This document shows, in pieces, positions 1 through 13,528 of a DNA stretch of 64,000 bases. The notes under the pieces were generated by a model. It made no database searches, had not been told where the DNA came from, and saw nothing but the letters and a program-made list of their open reading frames with translations. Every line of letters starts with the position of its first letter. Position 1 is the first letter of the stretch. Position numbers and translations under genes: made by a program. Source of the stretch: Takakia lepidozioides (Eukaryota > Plantae > Bryophyta); NCBI GenBank assembly GCA_030704615.1, contig CM060733.1:41292001-41356000 (forward strand). The letters are read 5' to 3'.

Positions 1-151
1 CTCAGTCCTGTACCGATTGCCTGGGCCTGCGTTCATGGTCTTTTTGCTAATCCATACTCAGCAGCGAGTAAGTAGTAGGACAGGGGTGCCTGGGCTGCAG
101 CCCGGGCTAGCCGGGCTTCATGCCCTGGACACTGCGAGGTAGGTGTGGGAA
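1..151. mobile_element. Right end of a small TIR DNA element (MITE-like), extending left of the window
   Basis: 95-151 (ctgcagcccgggctagccgggcttcatgccctggacactgcgaggtaggtgtgggaa) is the near-perfect reverse complement of ~2154-2210; 1-52 is a direct copy of ~2273-2325. Confidence 0.65.
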
Positions 152-555
152 CATTGAGGAACAATTTTAGAGCATTTGCGGTCAGCTGCCCAGAAATGAA
201 CGGCCGAGATCTGATGTAGGATTTCGAAGGCCACGATGTCGTCTCTCTCCTCTCCTCCGTGTCTCTTGCCTTGCCCAAGCACTCGAAGCCCGCGTGCGAC
301 GATCCGAAAGTGTCTTCAATCCCCCTGGCCAAAAACAGCAATCTTCATCACTTGTAATGGACTGTACAGCTGCTCATCTGTTATGGGCAGGCATATTAGG
401 GTGTCATTGTTATGAAGTCAATGTCAGTGGGAGCTGTGGACTGAAACATTGTTAACACTTGTGAGGCTCCAAACATTGGATGCACATGTTGAAAAAGACT
501 CTCTTACCCATCCCCCTGCAAGTCGACCAATGCCTCTTTTGGGACTTGTGGGCAT

Positions 556-920
556 GTGAAGATGCTTTGTGAGGCAGGCAGACTCATAGAGGCTCTACAG
601 ATTTTAAATCAAGGAGGAATTTCAGCAGATTCAGAGATGTATGTCCGTCTCTTGCATATGTGCATCAAGATGAAAGGCCTGGAAGCCAGAAAGCAGGTCA
701 CATTATCGATAGTGGATTCAAGCCAAACGTTTTTCTACACAACACCCTTGTCAACATGTACGTTAAGTGTGGGAGCATCGTGGATGCTCACCAAGTGTTC
801 CACATAATGCCTCAACGATCTTTGATCACGTGGAATGTAATGTTGGCAGGATTTACCAAGCATGGGTGTGGTACAAATGCTTTGGAGAGCTATATTTATG
901 TTTTTGGGGTTGTGGGGTAA
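556..920 (+). pseudogene. PLS-class PPR gene fragment, frameshifted
   Basis: LCEAGRLIEALQIL..YVRLLHMC then, in a shifted frame, SGFKPNVFLHNTLVNMYVKCGSIVDAHQVF..RSLITWNVMLAGFTKHG; truncated after about two motifs. Confidence 0.8.
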
Positions 921-956
921 TAGTTGGATGCTGGGCAATTGAACATGCAGTCCCCA

Positions 957-1107
957 TTAGAAAAAGATGAACAAGCCAAGGCTGCACTCATGGGGCAAAT
1001 TCAGCGGCTAACGAAACTTATTCTTATCTCTACCAAAATATCAAACACCCCTGCCCGTCACTGAAAAGCCCACTCACCGACGGCGACACTCCTATGGTGA
1101 AGAAGAG
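957..1107 (+). pseudogene. Isolated kinesin-7 (CENP-E-like) stalk exon fragment
   Basis: LEKDEQAKAALMGQIQRLTKLILISTK...KPTHRRRHSYGEEE ending at a GT donor; matches the conserved post-motor segment of plant KIN7; internal frameshift; no other kinesin exons seen. Confidence 0.7.
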
Positions 1108-1779
1108 GTAATTCCAAAAAAAATCAGCAGTTGGATGGAAGTACATCAGTCTTCACCCTCAACAAGGATTACAATGGATGCTTGAACGTTTCATGTGAAA
1201 GCCAGCCATCATCTACAAGACTTTATATATGGACCCTCTTCACACGCCTGACTAATTCATTCATCTCTGGAATCAATGCAGTTATACAAGCTTGTTCAAG
1301 ATGAATGATCAACTATCATGCTAACAAGATTCCCTGGGTATCTGTAATTCCCATTTGATGAGAATTTTCCCTCACAATTCACATCCATCTTGCACATTGG
1401 ACACCTTGTAGGAATTCGTGGGCTTTCCCTGGAAGAGAAAGGGGTCAACTTCTCCATAGTGGAACCAGGAAATTCAGTTCATTGATAAATGACCACCACA
1501 GATATGACAGAATCTCCTAGACTTGCATGCAATTTTTTGTATAGTTTGTGGTCAAGTTTTCTGCCAATCAGAAGAGACTAAATTCACTTTAACATCAAGA
1601 ACACAGGCCAAACCCCTAGGTACTTCAGTTCACCCCAGGGAGTACTGCCTAATGAGCAGTTTTTAATTAGGTTTTAATCATCCATTTCCAGCAAGCTAAA
1701 TTCTGCCTGTAGCTGGGTTGCCATACCACCCACAGTATGACCCATCAGTAAGAAACTCTACAGGATTCAATCAGGTCTT

Positions 1780-4200
1780 CTGCATGGCAAAAAGCAGGCA
1801 TTACATCTGGACACTGCAACGCAGTATAGCTCTTTAAAGGAGTGGAAACAACGATCTACCACCAAACCAAAGAGAACAGCTGAGGGGGTGTTAGTGCTTG
1901 CGAGCAACACGTCGCTCATTGGGATTTCGCTGGCCACCGAAAATTGCAGCAGCATGTCTCACTTGAGAGCCCTTTCCTGTTGTCTGGATGCCAGCATGTT
2001 TGAACACTGTATTCATCGAAGTGAACACCTCTGAAGCCTGCCACACCAAATGAAACCACAACGTAGGATCAGACAGCAAGTATCACACACGGTGACATCC
2101 ACCCAATCTATTTTTCCACGGCTATATAATTCCACAAGAATTGATTGAATACTTTCCCACACCTACCCCGCAGTGTCCAGGACATGAAGCCCGGCTAGCC
2201 CGGGCTGCAGGCCAGGTGCCCTGCGGCCCAGGCACCCCGGTCTTGGGGCCCAGGCCAAAACCATGATTTTTAACTCAGTCCTGTACTGATGTCCTGGGCC
2301 TGCGTTCATGGTCTTTTTGCTATTCCATAGCTGAGCATGAGGAGGCGGCGATGGATGCTGTTTCTGGCCTGTGCTTGCAGGGCGCGAGGTGGCGGAGAGG
2401 TGCCGCCCCTCGCTGCAATGCTGCCGTGTGCCTGGCCTCCATGGCCACACCTCTCCGTCTGTCTCCACCCACCTCGGAGCCCATGACCGTGACTTCTCAC
2501 ATGCAACAACCTCTCTTTGGATGAAACAACCTCACCGACCCATCAATACAACGTCAATCATCACGTAACTTCACACCAGCATTTGGTGGAGCGAAGCCGC
2601 TGTGCTCGTCACTCAGCCCTGGCTCTTGTGGAAGGCGGGAGGGTAAGATATTCATATTGAGGAGCTGGTACGTATGTGCACACTCTGGGACTCGCAGAGG
2701 CAACAGAAAAGCAGGTCGGACAGTATTTTGAGATCAGTCGGGAAACTCGAAAGGAAGTGAAGAAATCAACAAACACCTTGTCCAGGTGAGATTCAAGACT
2801 TGTCTTCAGCGTCATCGCTCCACGCTTTGCACCATGGCGCAGGCCTCTCTCAGAGGCAGAAGTGGCATCCATGTTTCTTCTTTGGTATCCCATCAGACTA
2901 AAGGTGCAGTTGGATTAAACAGAAAGGTCGTGCTAGCATTGAGAAGCACCACAATGCTGGGCCTGAGAGTTGACACTGGCCAGCAGCACTGTACCTGCAC
3001 TTGTGCAATACTGCGTGGTGATCACATGTCTAACCTCTAGTCTCGTCAATATTTTTGCTGGGAAGGGAGTCGGGAGATGAGGGTCAGTGTCAAGAGTCAG
3101 TGTCTCAATACTTTAGTGTTGATGCAGAATTTTCCTCATCAGGGTATCTGTGGACGACCTTTCCTTCTTGAGAAGAGCGTGCAGATGCCTGGCACAGTTC
3201 TGTCCAGGAAGAAATCGTAGGCCAAGGAAGCCGCGGCCAAATAACTAACAGCTAAGCTGATTGTGAGAGTCAAAAGTTGGGAAGACACGCGCATACTTGC
3301 ACATATTTAGCTTGATCAAGTCGCAGCATGTACTCTTTTCAGATGTGACAAGAAAGAAGCTGAACACATTTTCCCAAGAATCCTACGTCTCAACAGATAT
3401 GTGACAGATATGTGATGCCTCAACAGATCCTGTCGAACCTCTATATGCTTTGATGAGACCTCTCAGCAACTGACCAGGAAAAATATTCTCTCTGGTCAAA
3501 TAACACATCAAGTTCAATTTCTAAAAGAACATGGTGCATAATTTGAATTGCATCAGCTTGATGCCAGAGCTGAGCAAGCAAGACGTATACTGCATCTGAT
3601 GCTACATACTCGCTGTACATGTGCATTCTAAGGATTTCCCAAAGTGAAGTTTGCTCGGTATCCCACCATCTTTAAGACCTCAAAAGGACCCTCTGTTGAG
3701 GAAGAAAGCGCCCACAGTTCCTCTATCCAGCACAGGCGAAGTTTTCATAGTCATTGCCTGTAGATGTCTGTTAGATTACTGGTCACTGCTCTTCAACTAC
3801 AATGCAGGTGTGGGCAAAGGTTCTCCAATCAGTACCTGTAGGGACACCTTAGTGCAATAGAATCACCATGATGAAGCATGTGTTCAACTAAGGGCTGTCA
3901 ACTGCAATTGCACATTGAATGTTTCCCAGGGGACCTGGGCAACCTGTAGGTAGCTCAATTAGAACAAGAGTTCAAATATTTTATGGGACTTTACAACAGC
4001 CTTCAAATGTGTACAAGGTCCAGTAGGCTCAAATTCAAGGGAATTATCCACAGTCATGAGCCTGTGACCAGCCTGTGATAGGTATTTTGCAAACGAATCC
4101 ATATCTGGCTTTGGTGCTTATCGCCTGACATCATGACCATGTTTGAAACTACTTAAAAAAACCAGGCACTTGATGCAAGATCCTTCAAGATGGTCCAAGT
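1780..4200 (-). mobile_element. Highly decayed putative KDZ/CxC-type (Zisupton-like) transposase remnant
   Basis: Fragmented minus-strand motifs: SWIM-like ..GPCTHLKAV (~4010) and CNC..EH (~3900), FFTSF..YCPTC (~2720), GCHRV*Y..SEVFTSMNTVFKHA (~2100-2000), VVDRCFH (~1850). Many stops and frameshifts. Confidence 0.3.
2154..2330. mobile_element. Left end of a second copy of the TIR element seen at 1-151
   Basis: Inverted match to 95-151 and direct match to 1-52; right end not located. Confidence 0.6.
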
Positions 4201-4780
4201 GGTTGTCTCACAGCTCTGATTGTTTGACTTCATCAAAAGTGTCATGTCTCCCAATCAAACAGTGGACCGAAAGGATGCCTACGGAGCTGGGATACATTTA
4301 ACACAACAGCAAAATAATGGTAAGGTCTCCGAAGGCTCTCGCAAAGCTTTGATACAATCGATCACCAAGGGGGAGATTTCGAGACAACAGATTCTTTTGA
4401 TTGATCAGCCCCTGAATGGTCATTGTTTTGACAAAAACAAAAATTACTAAGCCTCAAACATATTTGCAATCATGAGGCCCGAGCCTTAGATGAAACATAT
4501 TTGCCAACACATTCGCCAATTTTACCAGGCTCACCCCACCAATCCCATGTTGAGAGGCAACCAAATTCCTGGCCATGACGCACAGGATGTAGGTTGAAGA
4601 GAACCTGACCTCATGTGCTTGTCCGGTCCATCAATCTGGACTTCAGAGTCCAGTTCCTCCAATACAACCAAAAACATGCCTTTCTCACATTATTATCATG
4701 CATACCATGTGAAACAATATGTTGAAATATCTTTGGGCCCACCACCTTCTGCGCAGTTTAAAACACTTGAGAGTGGTGGG

Positions 4781-7700
4781 TTAGAGAGGGTATTCCTTTT
4801 GCATGGTTTCCAAATCTTTCCTTTCACAGGCTTCCATCAAGTCGGATCGTGATGCGCAGCTGTCACGCACAAACATTCCGCACAGATACTCAGAACACAA
4901 CCACCTCTAGGATTTAGAAAGCCAACAACAGAGACTTTGTATGCTTTCGAGTAGATAAGAGACACTCAATGATTCTTCTAGACTTGGGCTAGAGATAAGA
5001 TGTCCACAGGAGGTTCTGAGAGAGAGGATGTACTCATGGACATGTACTGTAGACTTGTAGCTATAGACCCCACGAGGGGGAACAGACACCCTCACACAAG
5101 CATCAAGCTGCTGTGTGTGAGCTGCACACCAGTTAGACTCCAGCAGGGCCAGGGCTTGAGGCTCAGCCTCTAGAATTTTGAAAGTTGGTGAACAGAGGTG
5201 CAAGTACTATGTTCTTCTTCATGGTCCTGAAGGGGGTCACTATCTGATGAGAATACCCTGCACATTGCATCAGAAAATAGATATTTTCTTCAGGCTGGCT
5301 GCACATTGGGCATTGACAACCTCCCTTTCCCTCTGCATCTGTTAGTTGTTCAAAGGTAGATTCACTGCCCTGACAATCTATGCATGTAAGATGCCAATGA
5401 TCACTCACCGCTCTCTTTTCCAGGTAACAACGCTTCAGAGAGATTTCAGTCTAGTGGAGAGGGTAGGTAGGCCCTTCAGATCATCCTTAAGTCCGGTGGC
5501 TGAAGCTAAACTAAGGTCAATCCCACTAGAAAGAGATGAGGACTCCGTACCTTAGTGAGATGCGCAGGTATTGCCCAGCATTGTCTGCCTTGGGATTCAT
5601 CGCCAAAGCTCGGACATAATACCGAATAGACTCTTCATATCGACCCTGAAAGAGAGACATGAATGATGAGAACCTACACATTTACCAGAATATTTTTATG
5701 TTTTCCATTCCAGAGCATTACTCCAATAGAAGAGAGTGTCATACTAGGTCATTCAGTATACCTGATTGGCATAACCAATTCCCATGTTCGACCAGGCCCG
5801 AACGTAATTCGGCTTCAGGTCAAGTGCCTGCATCACAGTGAAATCCAGTGGGAAGATCGTAATCCTTCCAGTTACATTTACAAAAAATTCAGCCCGGACA
5901 ACATGAAACGCATGTCCAATCAATTACCAACAACCATAACACAACTTGAAGTCAGGCCCAAACAAATAATACACTACCCCACACTTGGTCTATGGTCAGG
6001 GAGAGGCCAAATAACGGTAGGCGTAAGGCACCGTGGATTCAGATTCATTCCTAGATTCAAGTCAGACGGGATAGTGATTTCCTTCTGCAGTACAAAAGAA
6101 CTCATGCATCATAGTTAGCTCAAGCACGGACCCTTGCCTATCCATATTATGATTCCATGTTATTGATATCAAATCAGCCAACCCGACAAAATTCCAGCTA
6201 AAAATTACAAATATTGGTAACCAAGTCATAGGAAAATCAAGAAAAGAAAGTTTTCGGGACATTAAAACAGCAGAGATAAAAGACCTGCTGGTAGGCATAG
6301 ATAGCGTCAGCACTACGAGCACTGTTGGCCTGTGTAGCACCAAGCTTGTTCCACAGAGAGTAGTCACGAGGCTTCAACTGAAGAGCTGAATGGAAAGCTG
6401 CAATGGCTTTGTCATAGTCACGAGACAGATTGTAAAAAAAAACACCAACATGTGTGCACATCCCCATCTTCTGGCGCCATTTGAGCAGCTTCATTGAACA
6501 AGTTTGCCACCTGAGTAAAACACAACCTCAATCAAGCTATAGTACTAACTACTGGAGATCTCTGCAAAGAATGTGGCCATTAATTAGAGACAAAACTGAG
6601 AGAGAAGGGAGTCAGAACCTGACCTCAGTATGATTGAGGCGATCTACAACGTCTTGTGGCACCAGCGTCCCATATTGGGGATGATGCTGCAGCCATCCTC
6701 GCAAATACCGCAATGCTTCTTCCTGCTCCAACTCTGTACCAAACCCAGTTTCCAACTCCAAACTCACCATTTCTACTCTTCAAAAGAGAAAAAAGAGAAG
6801 ATTGGTGAAATGAAAAGCTAAATTAAACCATCTCTTCTCATGATAGGAAAATGATGACATTGACGTGCCCAATGATTGTTAGCCTCTGAAGGGTGAGATT
6901 CACATACCCTTAAGGATATAGGCACAGTCCCCATCAAGCAATTAACATCCACAAGGTACAAAACATATATCAAGATTGCCATAGAATTCACCCAGCAAGA
7001 GACAAACTGGTGCTAGTTTGAGTATGTATAATAACTACACTTTGATGTATTGATTCGAGCACACGTGGCTGTGATGAACCATAGATAAATGTATTCCGAC
7101 ATTGTTTGTGGTACACGAGGGAACAGAGACTACCTTCGTGAGGGGCTCACCATAAACTTTCCAGTTTATACTTTCCAGATTTCCTCAAGTAACTGTAGAA
7201 AGAGAGGGAGAGGGAGAGAAAGAGAAGTACAGAGTGAGAGGAAATAACTGACAGAATATACCGTTGGTGTGGCTCACACCAAGAGCCAGCAGGACCTCCA
7301 AGTTTGCAGGATCAGCATCCCTGGCTCGAACCATAGAGGCAATAGCCTGCACCTCACAAAAAAAAATTCTATATCCAAGAGAAGAAACAACCCTCCACTT
7401 CCTGATCAACACTGATTAAATCAGACCTCAGGGTTTAAACAACAAACTAGTTGGAGCCAATTAATAAGCTTTTCGGAAAGTCACAGATATTTAGCTTGGC
7501 ATCCAGCATTACTGCGAATTGGGGTGCTTTCTCAATGCTGTGAGCTGATTTCAAGAGGTCCTGGGACACTACAACTCCAAACAACAGGTACATCAGAGGA
7601 AACATCTCTCATCTCTTTTTCACTCTTAGGTAGTGTCTGTCCCCTCTTGTTCTATCCAAACTGAGACCGGGGTCTATGGCCACAAGGCTATTGCAAACAG

Positions 7701-10700
7701 CATCTTGTGAGTACCTTCTCTTCTACATCTCTCTACATTGCTTTGGTCAAAGGACAACCACTGCAGAGGGGAGATGACACCTGTCTATCATCGTCGTTCT
7801 CAGCATGTGTGATGCCCAGTAGTCGCCATCCTTCAGCATTCTCAGGATTCTTCAGCACCTCAGCTTCCAAGGCCAATACCGCCTCACTCAGCAGCCCTCT
7901 TCGAAACAGATCCTGGCCTTCTTTGAGAGGATTTGGATGACCCACATAAGGATTTTGATCAGCAAATTCATATACAAATTTCGATGACCCCCACACCCTC
8001 TGGTCTCCCTTCACTTGCTCCTCCACATACCTGCATAAGATAAGACGTTTAAGAAGATGATGCATATCGTCTTCATTCATGAAATATTAAAACGGACTCG
8101 AGGAAAAAAGCTCTTCTTCTCATATGCTGCTGCCAAATCTTCCAACAAATGCGCCCCAGCCCACCCACCATTCAAAACAGGCAATTCTCAACTTCAATAT
8201 TAGTTTTCTGCAAACCATAGAACTTGAAATTAGCTCAAAACATCTCGAGCGCAAAAAGTGATGTTGGATCCTCTAATTCGAACATTTACCTTCCGATAAC
8301 AAATGTAGCCAATTGTTAGATGGATATTCTAGCAGAAATAACTAGTCATTTATAGTCTATCTTCATCGATACTTTCCCGGGAACTGTGGCCTAACTGTGA
8401 TCACCTCAGTACAAAATATTTTACTGCCAGTGTCTGCCTTCCATGACATTCAATTTCCTACTTGTGCACAGACTCAACTCAAGATAGAGGGTTGTGTTAG
8501 TTCCCCCCTTCATTCAGAGGTCCAAACTGGAAAACATATGTTTTGAGAGAATTGTACTTGTCATAGGCATCCAGCCATTTTGAAGTAGTTTCATCACCAA
8601 AAGCACCCTTGGCCATTTGGTCCCCCGAAAATTAATTCAGCCCAGTCTTTCACTCACAGCCTTGAAAACTCATCAACCCATCCATCACTGGTTGACACAG
8701 CATCTGGTCTTGTCCGGCCAAATTCGTTTGCCCATGTGTCGCCACGATGCACATGCTGCCAAAAGAGTATTCTTGGTCAACTTGAAACTACACCCAAAGA
8801 CCCACAGGTTACACAAACACAAAAATATCAACCAATCCATGCCACAAGCTTTTCATTACCAACTTATCCCGACAATAAAAAAGTTGGGCTTCCAGGAAAG
8901 CTGAAGTGCACAATCCACACCCTTGTCTCATGAGAAGGAGAAGAGCAAGAAATGAACTCATTACTTTCTCCTTGCAAAGGTTGAATAGCACATGCCCTGG
9001 AGGACATAGGCACAGAAGTCAACCCACCTTAAAATTGCAATACTGCTCTGACAAGCCCGAAAGACAACCTTACAGAATAGCGTGGACTAATGAGGCTGGA
9101 AAAAAAATAACGTAGAAAGTACCATGTTCATTCCAGCACTACTTGCAGCTTGAAGCCTTACCATACATCTAACGTATGTGTGGATATCCTGCCAGTAACA
9201 TGGTAGAGAATGTACTCATGCGACGTTGTTTGCAGTAAACCCCACGCCCAGTTTGGGCAGAACAAAAGGGAACAGACACTACCTTTGTGAGGGGCTCACT
9301 CCAGTAGTGTCTTACCGTGATATTCACAGGTAGAGAGAGAGGTAGGCTTCCCACCCTGAGTTTAAATTCGTCAAAGTGCTGAGAGTGGGTAGACCCTTGA
9401 GGTCATCCATGATGTCTTCCTCAGCTTGAACGTAACACAAGGGAGGAGGAAACTACCTTTATCAGGGGCTGACGCAGGTAGTATGACTTACCTTGGAACA
9501 GTCTATTAATACGAGTTTTCCAGACACAGTAGGACTGCTGCTTGTGTGAAGGGGTCTCTAGAGAGAGAGAGAGAGAGGTCTTCATGCCCTTCCCTGTGAA
9601 TGTGGGCTTGCCATGGCCTTATATCCATTGACCCCGCAGGAAACTAACCCTCCCGGAGCCTTTCGTGGGGTTTGCACCCACCAGGGTTTAGCTTATCTCC
9701 GCAGCATAGCTGCAACAGCCATTAAGGTGCTCACAGAGGCACTTGCCCACATGCAAACTCAACAGGCCAGTTGCAGAGCTAATGATTTTAGTTCACTAGC
9801 CCTGCGTTTGCCACAGAAATGGTATGCATGGGGAGGGAGAGAGCTTGGGTTTCTTGTTTTTCAAGGACTTCTGCATTAATTTTAGGCCTTTTTCCATGGT
9901 TTCTTGCCTCGGAGTGTTCCTCACCGTTGCTGTAGAGATTGTGATATGCAAACTGCCTTTTCTTCTTTAAAACAACACAATTCAACCAGAGTGAGATGTC
10001 ATGATGACTTCTCCAGGACTGAATTCATTAACCCATGTCTCTGGCAGGGTTGGATGTTGCTGTTGGAACTCCTCAGCCCAGCCACTGGCTATGGAGGGCA
10101 TGTTGGGCTTCACCTGATTGTCTTCAACAATGAGCTCCCAACGGCTCATCTTTGACACAAACTGCAGGAACTTCGATTTCTGCATCAAAATAGCGGTCAC
10201 ATTGGTTGGAGGAAAAAAGTATCAATTTACAGGATGTTCTTCGGCAGATAGAATGGAACCAGGTGCTATAATCCATGAGCAACAACCTTTTCCCTTGAAA
10301 TTTACTATACACAAAAGAAAACCCTCAAGGCAAGATAGAGGCAGTGTAGAACCAGACCTGAAATTTTGGGTCCTGATTCTGAGACAATGTGTTTGAACAA
10401 CGGGGAGCGTGTCTGCTCCATGGCACCCAAGTTACCCATGTCACCACTGGTCAATTGTGCCCTTGCTGCTATCTGGCCCTGTTGCTGAACAGCCCCCCCA
10501 TACAAGAAGAAGAGTAGCTCAGGAGTATTTTAACATTAGCTACTCCTGCATGTCCTCATTCCAGTTCACTAGAATTGCTCTTGAAACCTTAGAACCGGTC
10601 AGGCTGTCCCTTCTTCTGCAAAACACTCTTTGTGTACAGACACTGATAGTTACCCAAACTTCTACATATAATATTCATCATTGAGGAAGACAAATCCAAG

Positions 10701-12398
10701 GAAAGAAGCACTAATGGTTTTTATAGCAGCTGCTACAGTGGTAACGTACTATGTTTGATGGTAGGAAATCCTGGACCATAAGTGTGTTACTGTGGGTAAA
10801 GATGAACCTCATGAAACTGGTGAGCCCACGAATCACCATCCTGCTGGTTCTGGAACTCATCTGCCCAGCTGGGGGGTGTCCTAGGGGCCCCAAGTTGCTG
10901 TTGAAAATCATTGGCCCATTGGTCGGCCACTGTTATGAGAGACCTTGGTCCCATGTCTCTCTGCTGCAAAGGATGGCCATTGGAATAACCCTCCTTCCAA
11001 TACTGCTCGAATTCCGAGACCTGGCCACCAAGAGGTCCCCTCGTGCGGAGATCATCTTCTATATCTGGGATTGCGAAGGGCACCCACCTGGGACATACAG
11101 TCTCTTAGAGTACGGCAAGAAAAACTCTTTTCCACCTCCATCCCACTGGATCTTCACAGTGCTCATTTGTCTAACTGCCTGTAAATTCAGAGAAAATGTA
11201 ATGCAAAGAAACTTTACATCATTCACCCAACAAATCTGTCAACCATCAAGACCGACCTTTCATTCACAATCATGCAATTTAAAAAGATGCTTGTTATTCT
11301 CATTCAGTTCCATAAATCAAAAGCAGATTGATAAGGTGGCCCTTGATGAGTATAGCCAGGACAAGGAAGAACTGCTCAAAACCTGAGAATCCACGAAGGC
11401 GTCTCCCTTATTGGCAAAAAAGTGGCGACCCATGATACTGCTGCGGTCCCGAATATGTCGCTTGTCAGCTTGTGATAGGCCCAGCTCTGGCAGCCTTACT
11501 GCTGGGAAGGGAGCATCCGTTCGACTACTGTCCAAAAAGGAGCGAAGAAACCCTGACAGGACACGCTGCGGAGGTGCTGTACTCACACACTCAAAACCAA
11601 AAGTTGTCACTTATGGAGCTCTATGCAACTTGAAGAAAAACACAACCTTGGGAAAGCCCTTGTGTTGCTTTGTTGTGTTCCCCAGCTCTGCAATTGAACG
11701 TATGCAGCACTAGTCCTCACTACAAGTTGCAATGACTGCGCCCCACTTCATTGTTCTCATGCTTGCGCTCTAAATATGACCAGTTTGTAAGTGCGGCACG
11801 AACCCTTGGGTATCTTTCCTTGTTGCCAGAAAACAGAGAACAAGAAACAAAAAGATGACTGTAGGCACACAAGCAACTAACCATCCATTACAGGTGGAAG
11901 CCCTGGAGGACCAGCCTGCTGCGCATAGATACCCTCCAATTCTGAAAATCGGGCCAACTCTTCGCGGTCTTGAGGAGGCATAGGAAGCTGGGGAGGAGGC
12001 AATCGCCTCTCAATGGCCTCATTCCAGGCATCAGCATATCCCCCGGGGTCAGCATCCCGGAAGCTTCGTAAGAACTCTGGTGCCTGCAAAGACAACAAAT
12101 TTGTGTTTGACAACAAGGGTGTATGCAACAAAGACTAAGCCTTAAGGGGGGAAGTGTGAGCAGAAGTATCGGAGAAAAAATAGTAATAAACACAGAGACC
12201 GAAATGAAATATGACTGATACAGAAGAAACAGAAAATACAATCTCCACATGAAAATTGGAAGAATGATGGAAATGATAAGATACCTGAGCATGGGACAGA
12301 TCTAGTTCAGAGCCAGGGAGGGAGGATAGTGGCCCACTCATTTGGGGCCCATTGGGCTGGCCTAACCCTGTCAACCCAGGAAGCTCCCTTAGCCTCTC
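4781..12398 (-). CDS. PEX5: Peroxisomal PTS1 receptor PEX5 (multi-exon; lesioned as assembled, 5' coding exon not found)
   Basis: Exons approx 12285-12398, 11880-12083, 11383-11578, 10808-11087, 10358-10480, 10010-10182, 8558-8756, 7781-8030, 7262-7347, 6623-6734, 6284-6510, 5761-5827, 5551-5646, 4781-4859. PPQRVLSGFLRSF..IRDRSSIMGRHFF, WxxxF repeats, KFLQFVSKMSR, NPYVGHPNPLKEGQDLFRRGLLSEAVLALEAEV, TPRs (YSLWNKLGATQANS, ALDLKPNYVRAWSNMG), C-terminus SCASRSDLMEACERKDLETMQKEYPL*. Frameshifts near 11070, 10400 and 6440 and an in-frame TGA at 8654-8656. Confidence 0.93.
4910..5420 (-). mobile_element. LINE 3'-end remnant (zf-RVT) in the last PEX5 intron
   Basis: CPMCSQPEENIYFLMQCAGYS resembles the CxxC..E..H.L..C..Y finger at the end of LINE ORF2; adjacent sequence recurs in other PEX5 introns. 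Confidence 0.6.
7080..9310. repeat. Dispersed short repeat (LINE-tail/SINE-like): copies at ~7090-7150, ~7625-7730 (inverted), ~9200-9305; related to ~5020-5100
   Basis: Shared core gggaacagacactacct..gtgaggggctcac and tgtactcatg..gacccc in both orientations. Confidence 0.6.
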
Positions 12399-12768
12399 CT
12401 GGCACAACCAACACACTGTCAGCACAAATAGTAGAAGTATTTCTTGGTCTTCCCATACTTCCCTACTATTCTACAGCCACAAAGATCCAGCCCAAAAATT
12501 TTGGAACTGTAATTTTCTCTCTCAGTACATAGATGTACAACACCGTCATATGCATGATGTCATACATGTGAATGAGGGCAGAAGTAAAACAATGCCTACA
12601 TGCTGCTGACTTAAGCACCGAAGCTTGCTCTCTCTTTTTACATGCATCACTGACACACATGGAATAAGGAAATGCCCTTGCATGGGCTTGCCAGAAATTT
12701 TCTCTACAAAGAGGGGACTTAAACAGTGTATGTTTTTTGATGTCACAAGCTATTGTTTTTTACGGGAC

Positions 12769-13528
12769 GAAACCCTCTCTCTGTAAGCAAGATAGAATAA
12801 CTGGAATGTGAGATCCAGAGGCTGTAAATAGACAAAGCCAATAACTGTTCAGGGAAGTCAGCCCCAACGAAAATCACTTGAGGAGAAGTAAAATTACTAC
12901 GCTTATGTGCTAAACATAACCAAAAAGACGGCATCAAAGGGGACACTCGCCAGATACCGGCGAAACTTGTGCCAATTTCCAGGTATAAATACTACAGACA
13001 CACAAAGGCACTTGGACGCAATCCTGCACCGACACCGACTTCCTCGATCTGTCACCAGACCAACTAGACCTGGGCAGTCAGCGTCCGGTGATAAAACTAT
13101 TTGGGGGGCACAATGCAGCGGGGACTACCCTGTAGTGAAACCCTCTCTCTGTAAGCAAGAGTAGAATAACGGGAATGTGAGATCCAGAGGCTGTAAAATA
13201 GACAAAGCCAATAAATAATGTTCAGGGAAAGTCAGCCCCAACTGAAAATCCCACTGAGGAGAAGTAAAAATTACTACGCTTATGTGCTAAAAACATAACC
13301 AAAAAGACGGCAATCAAAAAGGGGACCAACTCGCCAGATACCGGCGAACTTGTGCCAATTCCCAGGCTATTATAAATACTTAAACAGACACACAAAAGGC
13401 ACTTGGACGCAATCCTGCACCGACACCGACTTCCTCGATCTGTCACCAGACCAACTAGGACCTGGGCAGTCAGCGTCCGGGGATAAAACTATTTGGGGGG
13501 CACAATGCAGCGGGGACTACCCTGTAGT
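12769..13528. repeat. ~370-390 bp tandem duplication (12769-13137 / 13138-13528)
   Basis: Both copies start aaaccctctctctgtaagcaaga and end gcggggactaccctgtagt; copy 2 differs mainly by scattered 1-nt insertions. Confidence 0.9.

Noticed and set aside
10751-11386. 211-aa plus-strand ORF and similar shadow ORFs (24993-25664, 27990-28655)
   Set aside because: Antisense or alternate-frame shadows of PEX5, TAF15 and SERAT with no independent motifs.
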